Shown: positions 26,800-36,438 of the stretch, piece by piece | Layout of the letters: every line of letters begins with the position of its first letter | How positions within the stretch are numbered: position 1 is the first letter of the stretch | Program-made: the position numbers and the translations under genes | The notes under the pieces: model-generated | Databases searched by the model: none | Seen by the model: only the letters and a program-made list of their open reading frames with translations | What the model was told of the DNA's origin: nothing | Source: Clostridia bacterium | GTDB taxonomy: Bacteria > Bacillota > Clostridia > Oscillospirales > CAG-272 | Direction: 5' to 3' | Length of the DNA stretch: 64,000 nucleotides | Assembly: GCA_017937845.1 (NCBI GenBank) | Contig: JAGBCV010000018.1 | Span: 23,503-87,502 of the forward strand

Positions 26800-27819
26800 T
26801 CAGTTGGATGCGCTGTCGAGGTCGTTATCGTTTTTCCAGAGCATCTGTTCACGAAGTCTCTGACCAACGATCTCCATCGGGTGCTTTGCGAGCATGTCAC
26901 GCTTGGAGTTGAAGAAGCAACGGCCGTTCTTGTTTTCTGCGATCCACTTGCCTGCGAAAGTACCATCCTGAATATCAGAAAGAACAGCTCTCATGTTTGC
27001 CTTGGTCTGTTCGTGATCAATTACACGGGGACCGGAAACGTATTCGCCGTATTCAGCAGTATCGGAGATGGAGTAGTTCATAGCCGCAACGCCGCCCTTG
27101 TTGATAAGGTCGATGATGAGCTTCATTTCGTGGATGCATTCAAAGTATGCGTTTTCGGGTTCATAACCTGCTTCAACGAGAACTTCAAAGCCGCAACGCA
27201 TAAGGTCAACGACACCGCCGCAAAGAACGGTCTGTTCACCAAAGAGGTCGGTTTCGGTTTCGTCGTGCATGGTGGTTTCCATGATACCTGCGCGTGCGCC
27301 GCCGATACCTGCGATATAAGCGAGTGCGAGGTCGTATGCCTTGCCTGTTGCGTTCTGTTCAACGGCGATAAGGCAGGGAACGCCCTTACCTGCAACGTAC
27401 TGAGAACGAACGGTATGACCCGGACCCTTGGGAGCAGCCATAAATACGTCTACGTTTGCGGGGGGAACGATCTGTTTGTAACGGATGTTGAAGCCGTGTG
27501 CGAAAGCGATAGCCTTGCCTTCTGTGAGGTAAGGAGCGATATCCTTCTTATACATATCAGCCTGATTTTCATCGTTGATGAGGATCATGATGATATCGGA
27601 AGCCTGAGTAGCTTCTGCGACGGTCATAACGGTGAAGCCGTCTCTTTCTGCAACAGGCCAAGACTTACCGCCCTTGCGAAGACCGATCACAACGTCGCAA
27701 CCGGAGTCGCGGAGGTTCAAAGCGTGAGCGTGTCCCTGAGAACCGTAACCGATGATGGCGATCTTTTTGCCATCAAGCTTGCCGAGATCACAGTCCTTTT
27801 CATAATACATTTTTGCCAT
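26800..27819 (-). CDS. ilvC: ketol-acid reductoisomerase
   Basis: I chose the start at 27819 ([22 protein letters not shown]) over the track's 27852. [17 protein letters not shown] Rossmann motif. Confidence 0.95.
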   Translation of the reverse strand: MAKMYYEKDCDLGKLDGKKIAIIGYGSQGHAHALNLRDSGCDVVIGLRKGGKSWPVAERDGFTVMTVAEATQASDIIMILINDENQADMYKKDIAPYLTEGKAIAFAHGFNIRYKQIVPPANVDVFMAAPKGPGHTVRSQYVAGKGVPCLIAVEQNATGKAYDLALAYIAGIGGARAGIMETTMHDETETDLFGEQTVLCGGVVDLMRCGFEVLVEAGYEPENAYFECIHEMKLIIDLINKGGVAAMNYSISDTAEYGEYVSGPRVIDHEQTKANMRAVLSDIQDGTFAGKWIAENKNGRCFFNSKRDMLAKHPMEIVGQRLREQMLWKNDNDLDSASN

Positions 27820-28351
27820 AGTCAAATTCTCCTTTTTCTTTTGTAGCTTCATAAATGGTATCGGCGCCGCGTTCGAGCGCTACCATACCGGTGCGGACAA
27901 GTTCCAGAACGCCGAATTCTTTTACAAGATCAATGATCGCTTCTGTTTTCTGCGCGTCCCCGATGACCGCAATGGTAAGGGTCGTCGTGGAAACGTCGAT
28001 GATGGATGCGCGGAAAATATTTGCGATCTGAATGGCGCGGTTGCACGCGTCGTTGCTCGCCGTATGTACCTTGAGAAGGATAAGCTCACGGCGAATGGAT
28101 TTTTCAAGATCCAAAAGCTTTACGGAATGGACAGGGAGCAGCTTGCGAAGCTGATTGCAAAGGAGATTCGTTTGCTGATCGTTTGCCATTACCTCGATGG
28201 TGATACGGGAGACCGCAGGGTTGTCCGTCGTACCGACCGCGAGAGATTCAATGTTATAACCCTTACGGGAAAACATACGGGAGACCTGAGAGAGTACGCC
28301 CGATTCGTTATCCACGAGTACGGAAAGGGATTGTCTTCTGACTGTATCCAT
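27800..28351 (-). CDS. ilvN: acetolactate synthase small (regulatory) subunit
   Basis: 183 aa. ACT domain [32 protein letters not shown]. The 3' end overlaps the ilvC start. Confidence 0.9.
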   Translation of the reverse strand: MDTVRRQSLSVLVDNESGVLSQVSRMFSRKGYNIESLAVGTTDNPAVSRITIEVMANDQQTNLLCNQLRKLLPVHSVKLLDLEKSIRRELILLKVHTASNDACNRAIQIANIFRASIIDVSTTTLTIAVIGDAQKTEAIIDLVKEFGVLELVRTGMVALERGADTIYEATKEKGEFDYGKNVL

Positions 28352-28361
28352 AGCGTCCTCC

Positions 28362-30074
28362 TTAATCTACCAAAAATTGTGTGATTTTACCGCCGACGGG
28401 AACCATCGGACGAACCATTTCGTCGATCTCCACTGCACAGTCGATGACGTAGCCGTGTCCGCAGGAGAGCGCTTCCTTGAGCGCCGCTTCAAGCTCGGGA
28501 ACGGTATGGACACGCTTGCCGCCAAGACCGTAAGCCTCAGCGAGCTTGACGAAATCGGGACCGCGGTCGAGCGTCGTCTGGGAATAGTGACCGTTATAGG
28601 TCAGCGTCTGCCACTGACGAACCATGCCGAGCGTACCGTTGTTGTACACGATGGTGATGACGGGGAGGTTATAGAACTGCTCTGTGCAAAGCTCATGGCA
28701 GTTCATGCGGAAGCAGCCGTCTCCCGTGATATGGATGACGGTCTTGTCGGGGTTGCCGACCTTCGCGCCGATGGCAGCACCAAGACCGAAGCCCATCGTA
28801 CCGAAGCCGCCCGAGGTCAAAAGCTGACCCGGATAGTCATAATGGAAATGCTGGATTACCCACATCTGATGCTGACCGACGTCTGTCGCAACAACGGTGT
28901 CCTCGGGACAGATGGAAGCGACGGTATCGGAGATCTGCTTGGGGGTAAGTGTGTTTTCGTGGCTGCAAGTATCGTATTCTGTTTCGGTCTTGAATGAGAA
29001 TACGTAATCCTTCCAAGCCTCGTGGGTCTGCGGTTCTACGCGCTCGTTGATGAGCTGGAGAACGCGCTTCGCATCGCCGATGATGTGATGGTCGACCTCA
29101 ACGTTTTTGTTGATTTCTGCGCGGTCGATATCGATCTGCACGATCTGCGCCTGTTTTGCAAAGGATTGCGGTTCAAGCGCAACGCGGTCAGAGAAGCGAC
29201 AGCCGACAGCGATGAGAAGGTCGCAAGCGTCGCAAGCCATATTGGAAGCCTGAGAGCCGTGCATACCGATGATACCTGTGGTGAGCGGACTGCGTCCTCT
29301 GAAGCCGCCGCCGCCCATAACGGTGATGGCAACGGGAGAGTCGATGCGTTCCGCAAGCTCCAAAAATTCCTTGTGAGCACGGCTTCTGACGACGCCGCCG
29401 CCACATACGAGGAGAGGTTTTTTGGAGTTTTTGATCATTTCGACGAGTTTTTCAACGTCGCCGAGATCGGGTTCGGGGGCTTTCAAGTCGTGGCTGGCGC
29501 GGCGGATGAGTGCGCCAAGACGACCGTGAGATGCGTGTTCTTCTCTCGGGAGAGAAACGAAGTCAGTCTTTTCCGCGGTTACGTTCTTGACGATATCGAT
29601 GAGAACGGGACCGGGACGGCCGCTTCTGGCAATGGCGAATGCTTCGCGGACGATGTCAGCGAGCTTTTTGACGTCGCGCACCATGTAATTGCACTTGGTG
29701 ATCGGCATCGTGATGCCTGTGATGTCAACCTCTTGGAATGCGTCCTTACCGAGAAGATTTTCGTTTACGTTGCAAGTAATGAAAACGACGGGGGAGCTAT
29801 CCATGTAAGCAGTTGCGATACCTGTGGTGAGGTTCGTGCATCCGGGGCCCGATGTTGCAAAGCAAACACCGACCTTGCCCGTGGAGCGGGCATAACCGTC
29901 AGCCGCATGAGCCGCGCCTTGTTCGTGTGCAGTCAAATAATGTTTGATTTTATCGCCGTAATTGTAGATTTCATCATAAACATTGAGAATCGTTCCGCCG
30001 GGATAACCGAAAACAGTATCGACACCCTGTTCCAGAAGACATTCCAGCAGAATTTTTGCGCCTGTCATTTGCAT
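28362..30074 (-). CDS. ilvB: acetolactate synthase large subunit
   Basis: I chose the start at 30074 (MQMTGAKILLECLLEQGVDTVFGYPGG, GGAGGA RBS) over the track's 30197. ThDP motif GDGCFRMN...NNGTLGMV. Confidence 0.93.
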   Translation of the reverse strand: MQMTGAKILLECLLEQGVDTVFGYPGGTILNVYDEIYNYGDKIKHYLTAHEQGAAHAADGYARSTGKVGVCFATSGPGCTNLTTGIATAYMDSSPVVFITCNVNENLLGKDAFQEVDITGITMPITKCNYMVRDVKKLADIVREAFAIARSGRPGPVLIDIVKNVTAEKTDFVSLPREEHASHGRLGALIRRASHDLKAPEPDLGDVEKLVEMIKNSKKPLLVCGGGVVRSRAHKEFLELAERIDSPVAITVMGGGGFRGRSPLTTGIIGMHGSQASNMACDACDLLIAVGCRFSDRVALEPQSFAKQAQIVQIDIDRAEINKNVEVDHHIIGDAKRVLQLINERVEPQTHEAWKDYVFSFKTETEYDTCSHENTLTPKQISDTVASICPEDTVVATDVGQHQMWVIQHFHYDYPGQLLTSGGFGTMGFGLGAAIGAKVGNPDKTVIHITGDGCFRMNCHELCTEQFYNLPVITIVYNNGTLGMVRQWQTLTYNGHYSQTTLDRGPDFVKLAEAYGLGGKRVHTVPELEAALKEALSCGHGYVIDCAVEIDEMVRPMVPVGGKITQFLVD

Positions 30075-30167
30075 AGGGCAGGTTTCCTCCTTGGATACCG
30101 AAACAATACGGAAAAAGCGGTATTGTTCGTATGGTATCAGATTGATATACTTTGTATCGTATTTATT

Positions 30168-30198
30168 TATAGTATCACAAACGGGTATTGATGTCAAG
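30168..30198 (-). promoter_or_regulatory. sigma-A promoter of ilvBNC
   Basis: On the minus strand: TTGACA (30198-30193), 17-18 nt, ATACTA/TACTAT. Confidence 0.55.
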
Positions 30199-30240
30199 AG
30201 TTTTTTTGTTCAACTTTTTAGGAATTTGCACGGAACGCCG

Positions 30241-30274
30241 ACAAAAGAAAACACCTGCCAAGGCAGGTGTTTTC
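30241..30274 (-). terminator. intrinsic terminator of tsf
   Basis: GAAAACACCTGCC / GGCAGGTGTTTTC 13-bp stem followed on the minus strand by TTTTCTTTT. Confidence 0.85.
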
Positions 30275-30298
30275 TGAACGGTATAAACCGTATATTGC

Positions 30299-31225
30299 TT
30301 ATTTGCCGAGCATCTTAGCAACTTCGTCGCCGAGGTTGTCTTCTCTCTTTTCGATGCCTTCGCCCTTTTCAAATCTTTCAAAGGAAGCGATCTTGATGGT
30401 TGTGCCGAGAGCCTTTGCAGTAGCTGCAACGTACTGGCTGACCTTCATGTTGTCGTCCTTGATGTATTCCTTGTCAACAAGGCAGTTTTCTTCGTAGAAT
30501 TTGCCGAGCTTACCCATAGCCATCTTTTCGATGATGGAGTCGGGCTTGGAAGCGTTCTTGGGATCGTTCTTGATCTGGTTCATGATAACTTCCTTTTCTT
30601 CTGCAATAGCGGAAGCAGGAACATGATCTCTGTCAAGGTAAGGTGTAGCGTATGCGCCTGCCTGAAGAGCGATGTTCTTTGCAAATTCAACGAACTCAGC
30701 CTTTTCAGCAGTAGCAGCGTCAACGTCGAATTTCACGATGACACCGATGGAGCCGTTACCGTGGATGTAGGTGCTTGTAACGCCTTCAACAACAACGAAA
30801 CGACGGAGGGTGATGTTTTCACCGATGGTGTAGATCTTATCCTTAACAGTTGCTTCAACGGTAAATTCTGTGCCGTCGAACTGGCAAGCGTTGAGTTCTG
30901 CGATGGTAGCGGGCTTGTTTGCGATGATGGTTCTGAGGATACCCTGAACAAATTCAACGAAAGTAGCGTTCTTTGCAACGAAGTCTGTTTCAGAGTTTAC
31001 TTCAACCATAGCAACGGTGTCGCCGTCCTTGAGAACGGAAACAAGACCGTCAGCTGCGATTCTGTCTGCCTTCTTAGCAGCAGCAGCGAGACCTTTTTCT
31101 CTGAGCAATTTGATGGCTGCGTCAACGTTGCCCTGTGTTTCAACGAGAGCCTTCTTGCAGTCCATAAGACCGGCGCCTGTCTTCTTCTTGAGATCGCCGA
31201 CCATCTGTGCGGAAATAGTAGCCAT
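30299..31225 (-). CDS. tsf: translation elongation factor Ts
   Basis: 308 aa, MATISAQMVGDLKKKTGAGLMDCKKALVETQGNVDAAIKLLREKG. Confidence 0.97.
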   Translation of the reverse strand: MATISAQMVGDLKKKTGAGLMDCKKALVETQGNVDAAIKLLREKGLAAAAKKADRIAADGLVSVLKDGDTVAMVEVNSETDFVAKNATFVEFVQGILRTIIANKPATIAELNACQFDGTEFTVEATVKDKIYTIGENITLRRFVVVEGVTSTYIHGNGSIGVIVKFDVDAATAEKAEFVEFAKNIALQAGAYATPYLDRDHVPASAIAEEKEVIMNQIKNDPKNASKPDSIIEKMAMGKLGKFYEENCLVDKEYIKDDNMKVSQYVAATAKALGTTIKIASFERFEKGEGIEKREDNLGDEVAKMLGK

Positions 31226-31274
31226 TTGGAATTTCCTCCTGTATTTTTGAAATCTTTTATCTAAAATTTAAGAG

Positions 31275-32000
31275 TTAAGCTTCAACAGCTTCTTCAGCGG
31301 GAGCTTCAGTGGTCTGTTCGCCCTGCTTGCCTTCGATAACAGCATCAGCGAGAACACCGGAGATAAGCTTGATAGCGCGGATAGCGTCATCGTTACCGGG
31401 GATGATGTAGTCAGCATCGTCGGGATCGCAGTTGGTGTCAACGATTGCGATTACGGGGATGTCGAGCTTCTTAGCTTCGAGAACAGCGTTGTGTTCCTTT
31501 CTGGGGTCAACGATGAAGATTGCAGCGGGGAGACCGTTCATGTTCTTGATACCGCCGAGGTTCTTTTCGAGGTCTTCCATTTCTTTTGTGAGCTTAGCAA
31601 CTTCTTTCTTGGGGAGAAGATCGAAGGTGCCTTCTTCTTTCATCTTTTCGAGAGCATTGAGACGAGCGATGCTCTTCTTGATGGTCTTGTGGTTGGTGAG
31701 CATACCGCCGAGCCAACGAACGTTTACGTAGTACTGACCGCAACGTTCAGATTCTTCCTTGATTGCGTCAGCAGCCTGTTTCTTGGTACCAACGAAGAGG
31801 ATATCGCCGCCGTTTGCGGAGATTTCTTTTACAAAGTTGTAAGCTTCGTCGATCTTACCAACGGTCTTCTGAAGGTCGATGATGTAGATACCGTTTCTTT
31901 CTGTGAAGATGTATTCAGCCATCTTAGGGTTCCATCTTCTTGTGTGGTGTCCGAAGTGAACACCTGCTTCGAGCAACTGCATGATCGAAATAACTGCCAT
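31275..32000 (-). CDS. rpsB: 30S ribosomal protein S2
   Basis: 241 aa, [19 protein letters not shown]... Confidence 0.97.
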   Translation of the reverse strand: MAVISIMQLLEAGVHFGHHTRRWNPKMAEYIFTERNGIYIIDLQKTVGKIDEAYNFVKEISANGGDILFVGTKKQAADAIKEESERCGQYYVNVRWLGGMLTNHKTIKKSIARLNALEKMKEEGTFDLLPKKEVAKLTKEMEDLEKNLGGIKNMNGLPAAIFIVDPRKEHNAVLEAKKLDIPVIAIVDTNCDPDDADYIIPGNDDAIRAIKLISGVLADAVIEGKQGEQTTEAPAEEAVEA

Positions 32001-32114
32001 GATTTTTTTCTCCTTTGTGGTTTGTCCTCCACAGAGCGACCGTCCTGCACAAAGTCCCGTGGGACACCAACTGTGCGCCGCCGCTGTGTGCGGATTTTTT
32101 TAATATTTTTATTG

Positions 32115-32214
32115 CATAGGAAATTGCGCAAACCGCTCTCGCCGTTTCGCTGTGCTTGAAGATGCGGAAAGCTAAGATAGGCGAGCAATTTCCGGCGGGC
32201 GTTGCCCGCTTTTT
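32115..32214. repeat. ~100-nt structured element, copy A (in the rpsB leader)
   Basis: About 75% identical to 53180..53278 in the same orientation. GAAATTGC / GCAATTTC and CTCGCC / GGCGAG helices. On the plus strand it ends GCGGGC gtt GCCCGC TTTTT. Confidence 0.6.
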
Positions 32215-32296
32215 CTATTTTGGAGGCTTTTCTCCAAAATCCATATTATTTTATCATATATTTTTGGGAAATGCAATAGGTTTTGCGAAAAAATAT

Positions 32297-32584
32297 TTAT
32301 TTTTTGCCATCATTTTTTTCTCCGAGCTTTTCGTAAATGCCGACGTCAACGTTGACGAGCACGGCGTCGCGTCCGAAGCAGCCGATCTTTTCCCACGGAA
32401 TGACAAGCTCCTCGCATTTTCCGAATCCAAATACGCGCAGGTCGAAAAGCACGACGATGGCGACCACACAGCCCGAGCAGATGTTGATCTCCACGTCGTT
32501 TATGTAGCCGAGGCGCTTGCCGTCGCAAATGTTGATAACTTCCTTGTCTTTCAGATTGTTGACACAGCATCTTTCCATATTCAT
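32297..32584 (-). CDS. ylmC: YlmC/YmxH family sporulation protein (PRC-barrel)
   Basis: 95 aa, LKDKEVINICDGKRLGYINDVEINICSGCVVAIVV...LVIPWEKIGCFGRDAVLVN. Confidence 0.85.
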   Translation of the reverse strand: MNMERCCVNNLKDKEVINICDGKRLGYINDVEINICSGCVVAIVVLFDLRVFGFGKCEELVIPWEKIGCFGRDAVLVNVDVGIYEKLGEKNDGKK

Positions 32585-32709
32585 AAAAAATCCTCCGAAA
32601 ATTCGTTTTTGTTTTTATTATATGATAGGAGAAAGGGATTTTATTCCATGAGAATTGATTTTTCTTTTGCGATATGTTAAAATGAAAGAAAAATGCAAGG
32701 AGATTGCAT

Positions 32710-34686
32710 ATGGATTTTTTGAAGAATCATAAAAAATTTGATCTATTCTATGAAAAAAAGAGCATTTGGGACTTGAAAACGATCTGTGAGGTGCGCGAAA
32801 ACGAAAATGCGCTCGTTTCCGTATATACCGCGGAAGATCGGCTAAAGATTACGAATGTTGCAAGAAAATATGAAAAGTTTGGTGCATATGAATGGGTAAA
32901 CCATCTTGAAAATATCGGAGAATGCCCGACGGAGATCATCTCTGAGCTTTGGGACGCGGTCTTTTCTTTTCCCGTCGAAGATGACCCAAATCCGAAAAGG
33001 CAGGCGTATATCCCCGACAGGGAAACGGAGGTCATTTTTCATGCGCCCTTTGGCTCGAATCTTTCCGTCAAGGAGTTTTACGTCAATACCGACCATCTCG
33101 AAAAATGGTTTCCGAGCCGTTATCATCTTGAAAAAGGGAAGACCTATGAATATACCGCCTCGGGCGGTCGTTCGAGCGACGAACGCGCGCCGTTTTTCCA
33201 TCTGCGCCAAGGCGATCGCGGTATCATCTTTGCGATCGGCTGGACAGGGCAGTGGCGTTGCTCTGTGACGAGAGGAGAGCATGAGGTTACGATCCGCACC
33301 AAGATAGAGGATACCCATTTTCGCTTACTTCCCAAGGAAGCGATACGGACGTCCTCGGTTTTGATCATGCCCTACGAGGGGGAAGCCATCGACGCGCAAA
33401 ACCGATGGAGAAGGCTCATAAGGGAGGAATTTTCTCCGCTTGGGAAGGGCGAAAGACCGAAAAATGCGCCGTTTTCCATGCAGATCTGGGGCGGTATGCC
33501 GTCCGAGATCATGATCAAGCGCGCCAAAACTGCGAAAAAACATAACTTGCCCGTGGAATATTTCTGGGTCGATGCAGGTTGGTATGGGATGTATACCGAA
33601 AAATGTATCGATGAATTTGAAGGCAAGTGGGGGAGTTATACGGGCGATTGGCGCGTCAATCCCCATATCCACCCGAATGGCATGAAGGACGTTGTCCGCG
33701 AGGTGGAAAGCCTTGGTATGAAATTTCTTCTTTGGTTCGAGCCGGAGCGCGTCATGCGCGATACGCCCATTGTCTGTGAGCATCCCGAGTATTTTCTTGA
33801 TCCTGTGAACGGACGGGGAGAGCATAAGCTGCTTGACCTTGGCAATCCCGACGCTTGGCAGTATTGCTATGATATGCTCGCAAATCTCATTGAGGATTTG
33901 CATATTTCCTGTTACAGACAGGATTTCAATATGCCGCCCCTCGCGCTTTGGCGACAAAAGGACACGGAAGACAGACGGGGTATCACGGAGATCAAGCATA
34001 TCATGGGACTTTATCGCCTTTGGGATGCGCTTCTCGCGCGTTTTCCGCATCTTATCATCGATAACTGTGCCTCTGGCGGTAAGCGAATCGATATCGAAAC
34101 GCTCCGCAGAAGCATTCCGCTTTGGCGAAGCGACCGTATGTGTCAGGCGAATTACCCCGAGATCGTCACGCAAACGCACAACGTGACCTTTGGCGCATGG
34201 ATACCCTGTTCGGGTACGAGCACGGGCAGACATTTTGATCCTTACCGTATCCGCAGTGCCTACGCGGGCGGTATGACACTTAACTATTCGTATACGGAAT
34301 ATACGCCTTTTGGAGAGAATGTCGAGGAGATGGCGGATATTCGCAAATATTGCGAGGAATATCTGCGCGTTCGTCCGTATTTTGCGGAGGATATGTATCC
34401 GCTTTCGATCCCCTCCGATGCAACGGATGTTTGGAGCGCGGTGCAGTTTGACCGTCCCTCGGAAAAAGACGGCATTTTGCAGGTGTTCCGCCGTGAACAT
34501 GCTCCTTATGAAACGGCGAATTATATGCTTGGCGGTATCGTAAAGGACGATATGTATACGTTCACCGATGCCGATACGGGAGAACGCTTTGCCGTTTGCG
34601 GAAAAGATCTCGCAGAAAAGGGAATGACCGTAAGGATCGCGGAAAAGCGATGCGCGAAGCTGTATTTTTATTCACATAAAGACTGA
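32710..34686 (+). CDS. glycoside hydrolase family 36-like protein (alpha-galactosidase-like)
   Basis: The ATG at 32710 lies 6 nt after AAGGAGA. YFWVDAGWY, YRQDFNM and IDNCASGGKRIDIETLRRSIPLWRSD resemble the GH36 catalytic region. Confidence 0.7.
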   Translation: MDFLKNHKKFDLFYEKKSIWDLKTICEVRENENALVSVYTAEDRLKITNVARKYEKFGAYEWVNHLENIGECPTEIISELWDAVFSFPVEDDPNPKRQAYIPDRETEVIFHAPFGSNLSVKEFYVNTDHLEKWFPSRYHLEKGKTYEYTASGGRSSDERAPFFHLRQGDRGIIFAIGWTGQWRCSVTRGEHEVTIRTKIEDTHFRLLPKEAIRTSSVLIMPYEGEAIDAQNRWRRLIREEFSPLGKGERPKNAPFSMQIWGGMPSEIMIKRAKTAKKHNLPVEYFWVDAGWYGMYTEKCIDEFEGKWGSYTGDWRVNPHIHPNGMKDVVREVESLGMKFLLWFEPERVMRDTPIVCEHPEYFLDPVNGRGEHKLLDLGNPDAWQYCYDMLANLIEDLHISCYRQDFNMPPLALWRQKDTEDRRGITEIKHIMGLYRLWDALLARFPHLIIDNCASGGKRIDIETLRRSIPLWRSDRMCQANYPEIVTQTHNVTFGAWIPCSGTSTGRHFDPYRIRSAYAGGMTLNYSYTEYTPFGENVEEMADIRKYCEEYLRVRPYFAEDMYPLSIPSDATDVWSAVQFDRPSEKDGILQVFRREHAPYETANYMLGGIVKDDMYTFTDADTGERFAVCGKDLAEKGMTVRIAEKRCAKLYFYSHKD

Positions 34687-34820
34687 GAATATCCCGTCGG
34701 TGTGCCGACGGGATTATTATATAATAAAAATGAAGAAAAGTTTAAGATTTTGGAAAATTCTTGCAATCAAGGAATATGCATGGTATACTATACTTGCTTG
34801 ATAAAAGACGGGGAGGGATA

Positions 34821-34901
34821 TTGGTGGCTATTTGGGCAATCGGTGTCATTGTGATTTTATTTTTTGTTGTTTTATTTGTGATTGCAAAATCAAACGGATG
34901 A
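34821..34901 (+). CDS. candidate 26-aa hydrophobic micropeptide (unlisted)
   Basis: GGGGAGGGA RBS, TTG/GTG start, (M)VAIWAIGVIVILFFVVLFVIAKSNG. It sits downstream of a TTGCAA-17-TATACT promoter, and its stop overlaps the next gene's RBS. Confidence 0.25.
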   Translation: MVAIWAIGVIVILFFVVLFVIAKSNG

Positions 34902-34915
34902 AAGGAGATTTGGAT

Positions 34916-35230
34916 ATGAATAAAATTTTGAAGGGTATTTTGATCGCGCTTGGCGCGATCGCCGCGTTCGCGCTACTTTGCGTGGGACTTTACAGCATCG
35001 GCTTTTTGGATCTGTTTATCTTTTTTATCTTGCCGGGCGTATTGATCCTTGTCAGCGTGGGCTGTCTGCTTTGGAATATTCTCAAGGCGGTCGAAATGAA
35101 AAAGCAGGGCAAGCCCGTTCCGCAAACGAAAAAGGTCATGATCATCGTCTGCTCCGTTGTTTTGGCAACGGTGATTCTTGCCATTATCGCGCTCATTGTC
35201 GTTTTTGCGATGGCAATCGCGTTTATGTGA
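34916..35230 (+). CDS. small 3-TM membrane protein (104 aa)
   Basis: The ATG at 34916 follows AAAGGAGA. MNKILKGILIALGAIAAFALL... The track's 34832 start adds a Cys-rich extension with no RBS. Confidence 0.55.
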   Translation: MNKILKGILIALGAIAAFALLCVGLYSIGFLDLFIFFILPGVLILVSVGCLLWNILKAVEMKKQGKPVPQTKKVMIIVCSVVLATVILAIIALIVVFAMAIAFM

Positions 35231-35239
35231 GGTGATACG

Positions 35240-35377
35240 ATGTCAGATAAAGTGTTTTACCGTGTGCTTGCCGTGGTGCTGGCGCTCTGTGTTCTGTTTA
35301 CGGCGGGCATGGTCGGATATACCGTCTATGCACATAGAAATTGTTCCATCATCGGCTATATCGCGGGTGAGAAATGA
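35240..35377 (+). CDS. candidate 45-aa single-TM peptide (unlisted)
   Basis: MSDKVFYRVLAVVLALCVLFTAGMVGYTVYAHRNCSIIGYIAGEK. Its stop overlaps the ATG of the next gene. Confidence 0.35.
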   Translation: MSDKVFYRVLAVVLALCVLFTAGMVGYTVYAHRNCSIIGYIAGEK

Positions 35378-36342
35378 GGCGTGAAATGAAAAAACTGCAT
35401 AAACAGATCTTGGCTCTCGTTTCGGTCGTTTTGGTGTTCGCGCTTTTGAATCTGTCGATATACAATGTGTTTACCTATCGCGTGATCCACCGTTACGGCG
35501 AGGAGATGCAAGCGAAATCCATCACGCTCAGCGAATATTTGCCGTTTGATGAAGATTCTAAGATCGTCAAGCTGGATTCCGATTTCAAACTGACCGAAAA
35601 TTTGCCCGTCATCGACGGCGCGGCGGCGCTCTATCCCATTTTTTCCGCGTTTGTGAACGCCGTCTATCCCGAGGATTCCGTAAGCTTTAACGGTACGGAT
35701 TTCACAGAGGACAGCGCGCTTCAATATCACAATACGCGCGGCGCATACAAGGGCATCGTGGATGGCGATATTGATATTGCCATTTGTGTTTCGCCGTCGG
35801 CAGAACAGCTTGCCTACGCCGAGGAAAAGGGCGCGGAGCTTTGCTTTGTTCCCATCGGCAGAGAGGCGTTCGTTTTTCTTGTCAACAAAAAGAATCCTGT
35901 GGATTCTCTCACCTGTGAGGAGGTCCGCGGTATCTACGCGGGAGAATATCAGCACTGGAGCGAGCTTGGCGGCGAACATAAGCGCATCGGCGCTTTGACG
36001 AGAAACGCGGGAAGCGGAAGCCAATCCGCGCTTGTGAATTTCATGGGCGATACCCCGATCAAAAAGGACTACGATACCTTTCTCGGCAGCGCCATCGGCT
36101 TTTCGTTCCGCTTTTACGTGGAGGGCATCGTTGAGGACGGCAACGTGAAGATGCTTTCGCTTGACGGCGTTTATCCCGACCGTGAGAACATCAAAAACGG
36201 CACGTATCCCATTGTGAATGAGATTTACGCCGTATATCGCGCCGATAACGAAAACCTGAACGTGGAAGCCTTCATCGATTGGATGCTCTCCGAGGAGGGA
36301 CAAAGCATCGTCGAGGGTACGGGATACACAGGAATTGAATAA
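35374..36342 (+). CDS. PstS-like periplasmic-binding-protein family protein, TM-anchored, orphan (no pstCAB nearby)
   Basis: N-terminal TM segment. IDGAAALYPIFSAF and RNAGSGSQSALVNFMG resemble the PBP_like_2 phosphate-binding family. Confidence 0.55.
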   Translation: MRREMKKLHKQILALVSVVLVFALLNLSIYNVFTYRVIHRYGEEMQAKSITLSEYLPFDEDSKIVKLDSDFKLTENLPVIDGAAALYPIFSAFVNAVYPEDSVSFNGTDFTEDSALQYHNTRGAYKGIVDGDIDIAICVSPSAEQLAYAEEKGAELCFVPIGREAFVFLVNKKNPVDSLTCEEVRGIYAGEYQHWSELGGEHKRIGALTRNAGSGSQSALVNFMGDTPIKKDYDTFLGSAIGFSFRFYVEGIVEDGNVKMLSLDGVYPDRENIKNGTYPIVNEIYAVYRADNENLNVEAFIDWMLSEEGQSIVEGTGYTGIE

Positions 36343-36343
36343 C

Positions 36344-36374
36344 AAAAAACTCTCACCGCGGTGAGAGTTTTTTG
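36344..36374 (+). terminator. intrinsic terminator
   Basis: AAAAAACTCTCAC cgcg GTGAGAGTTTTTT. Confidence 0.85.
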
Positions 36375-36438
36375 TTATTCAGAGAAGAGAGAAAAGTGAA
36401 GAGTGAAGAGAAAAGGTACAAAAGCGCCGCTTTTGATA

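Noticed and set aside
32156-32680. 174-aa ORF (and 53176..53400, 74 aa) sharing a GEQF-containing stretch, considered as a small protein family
   Set aside because: The similarity comes from both frames reading through the shared 100-nt non-coding element. Both ORFs run antisense through real genes or leaders and lack RBSs.
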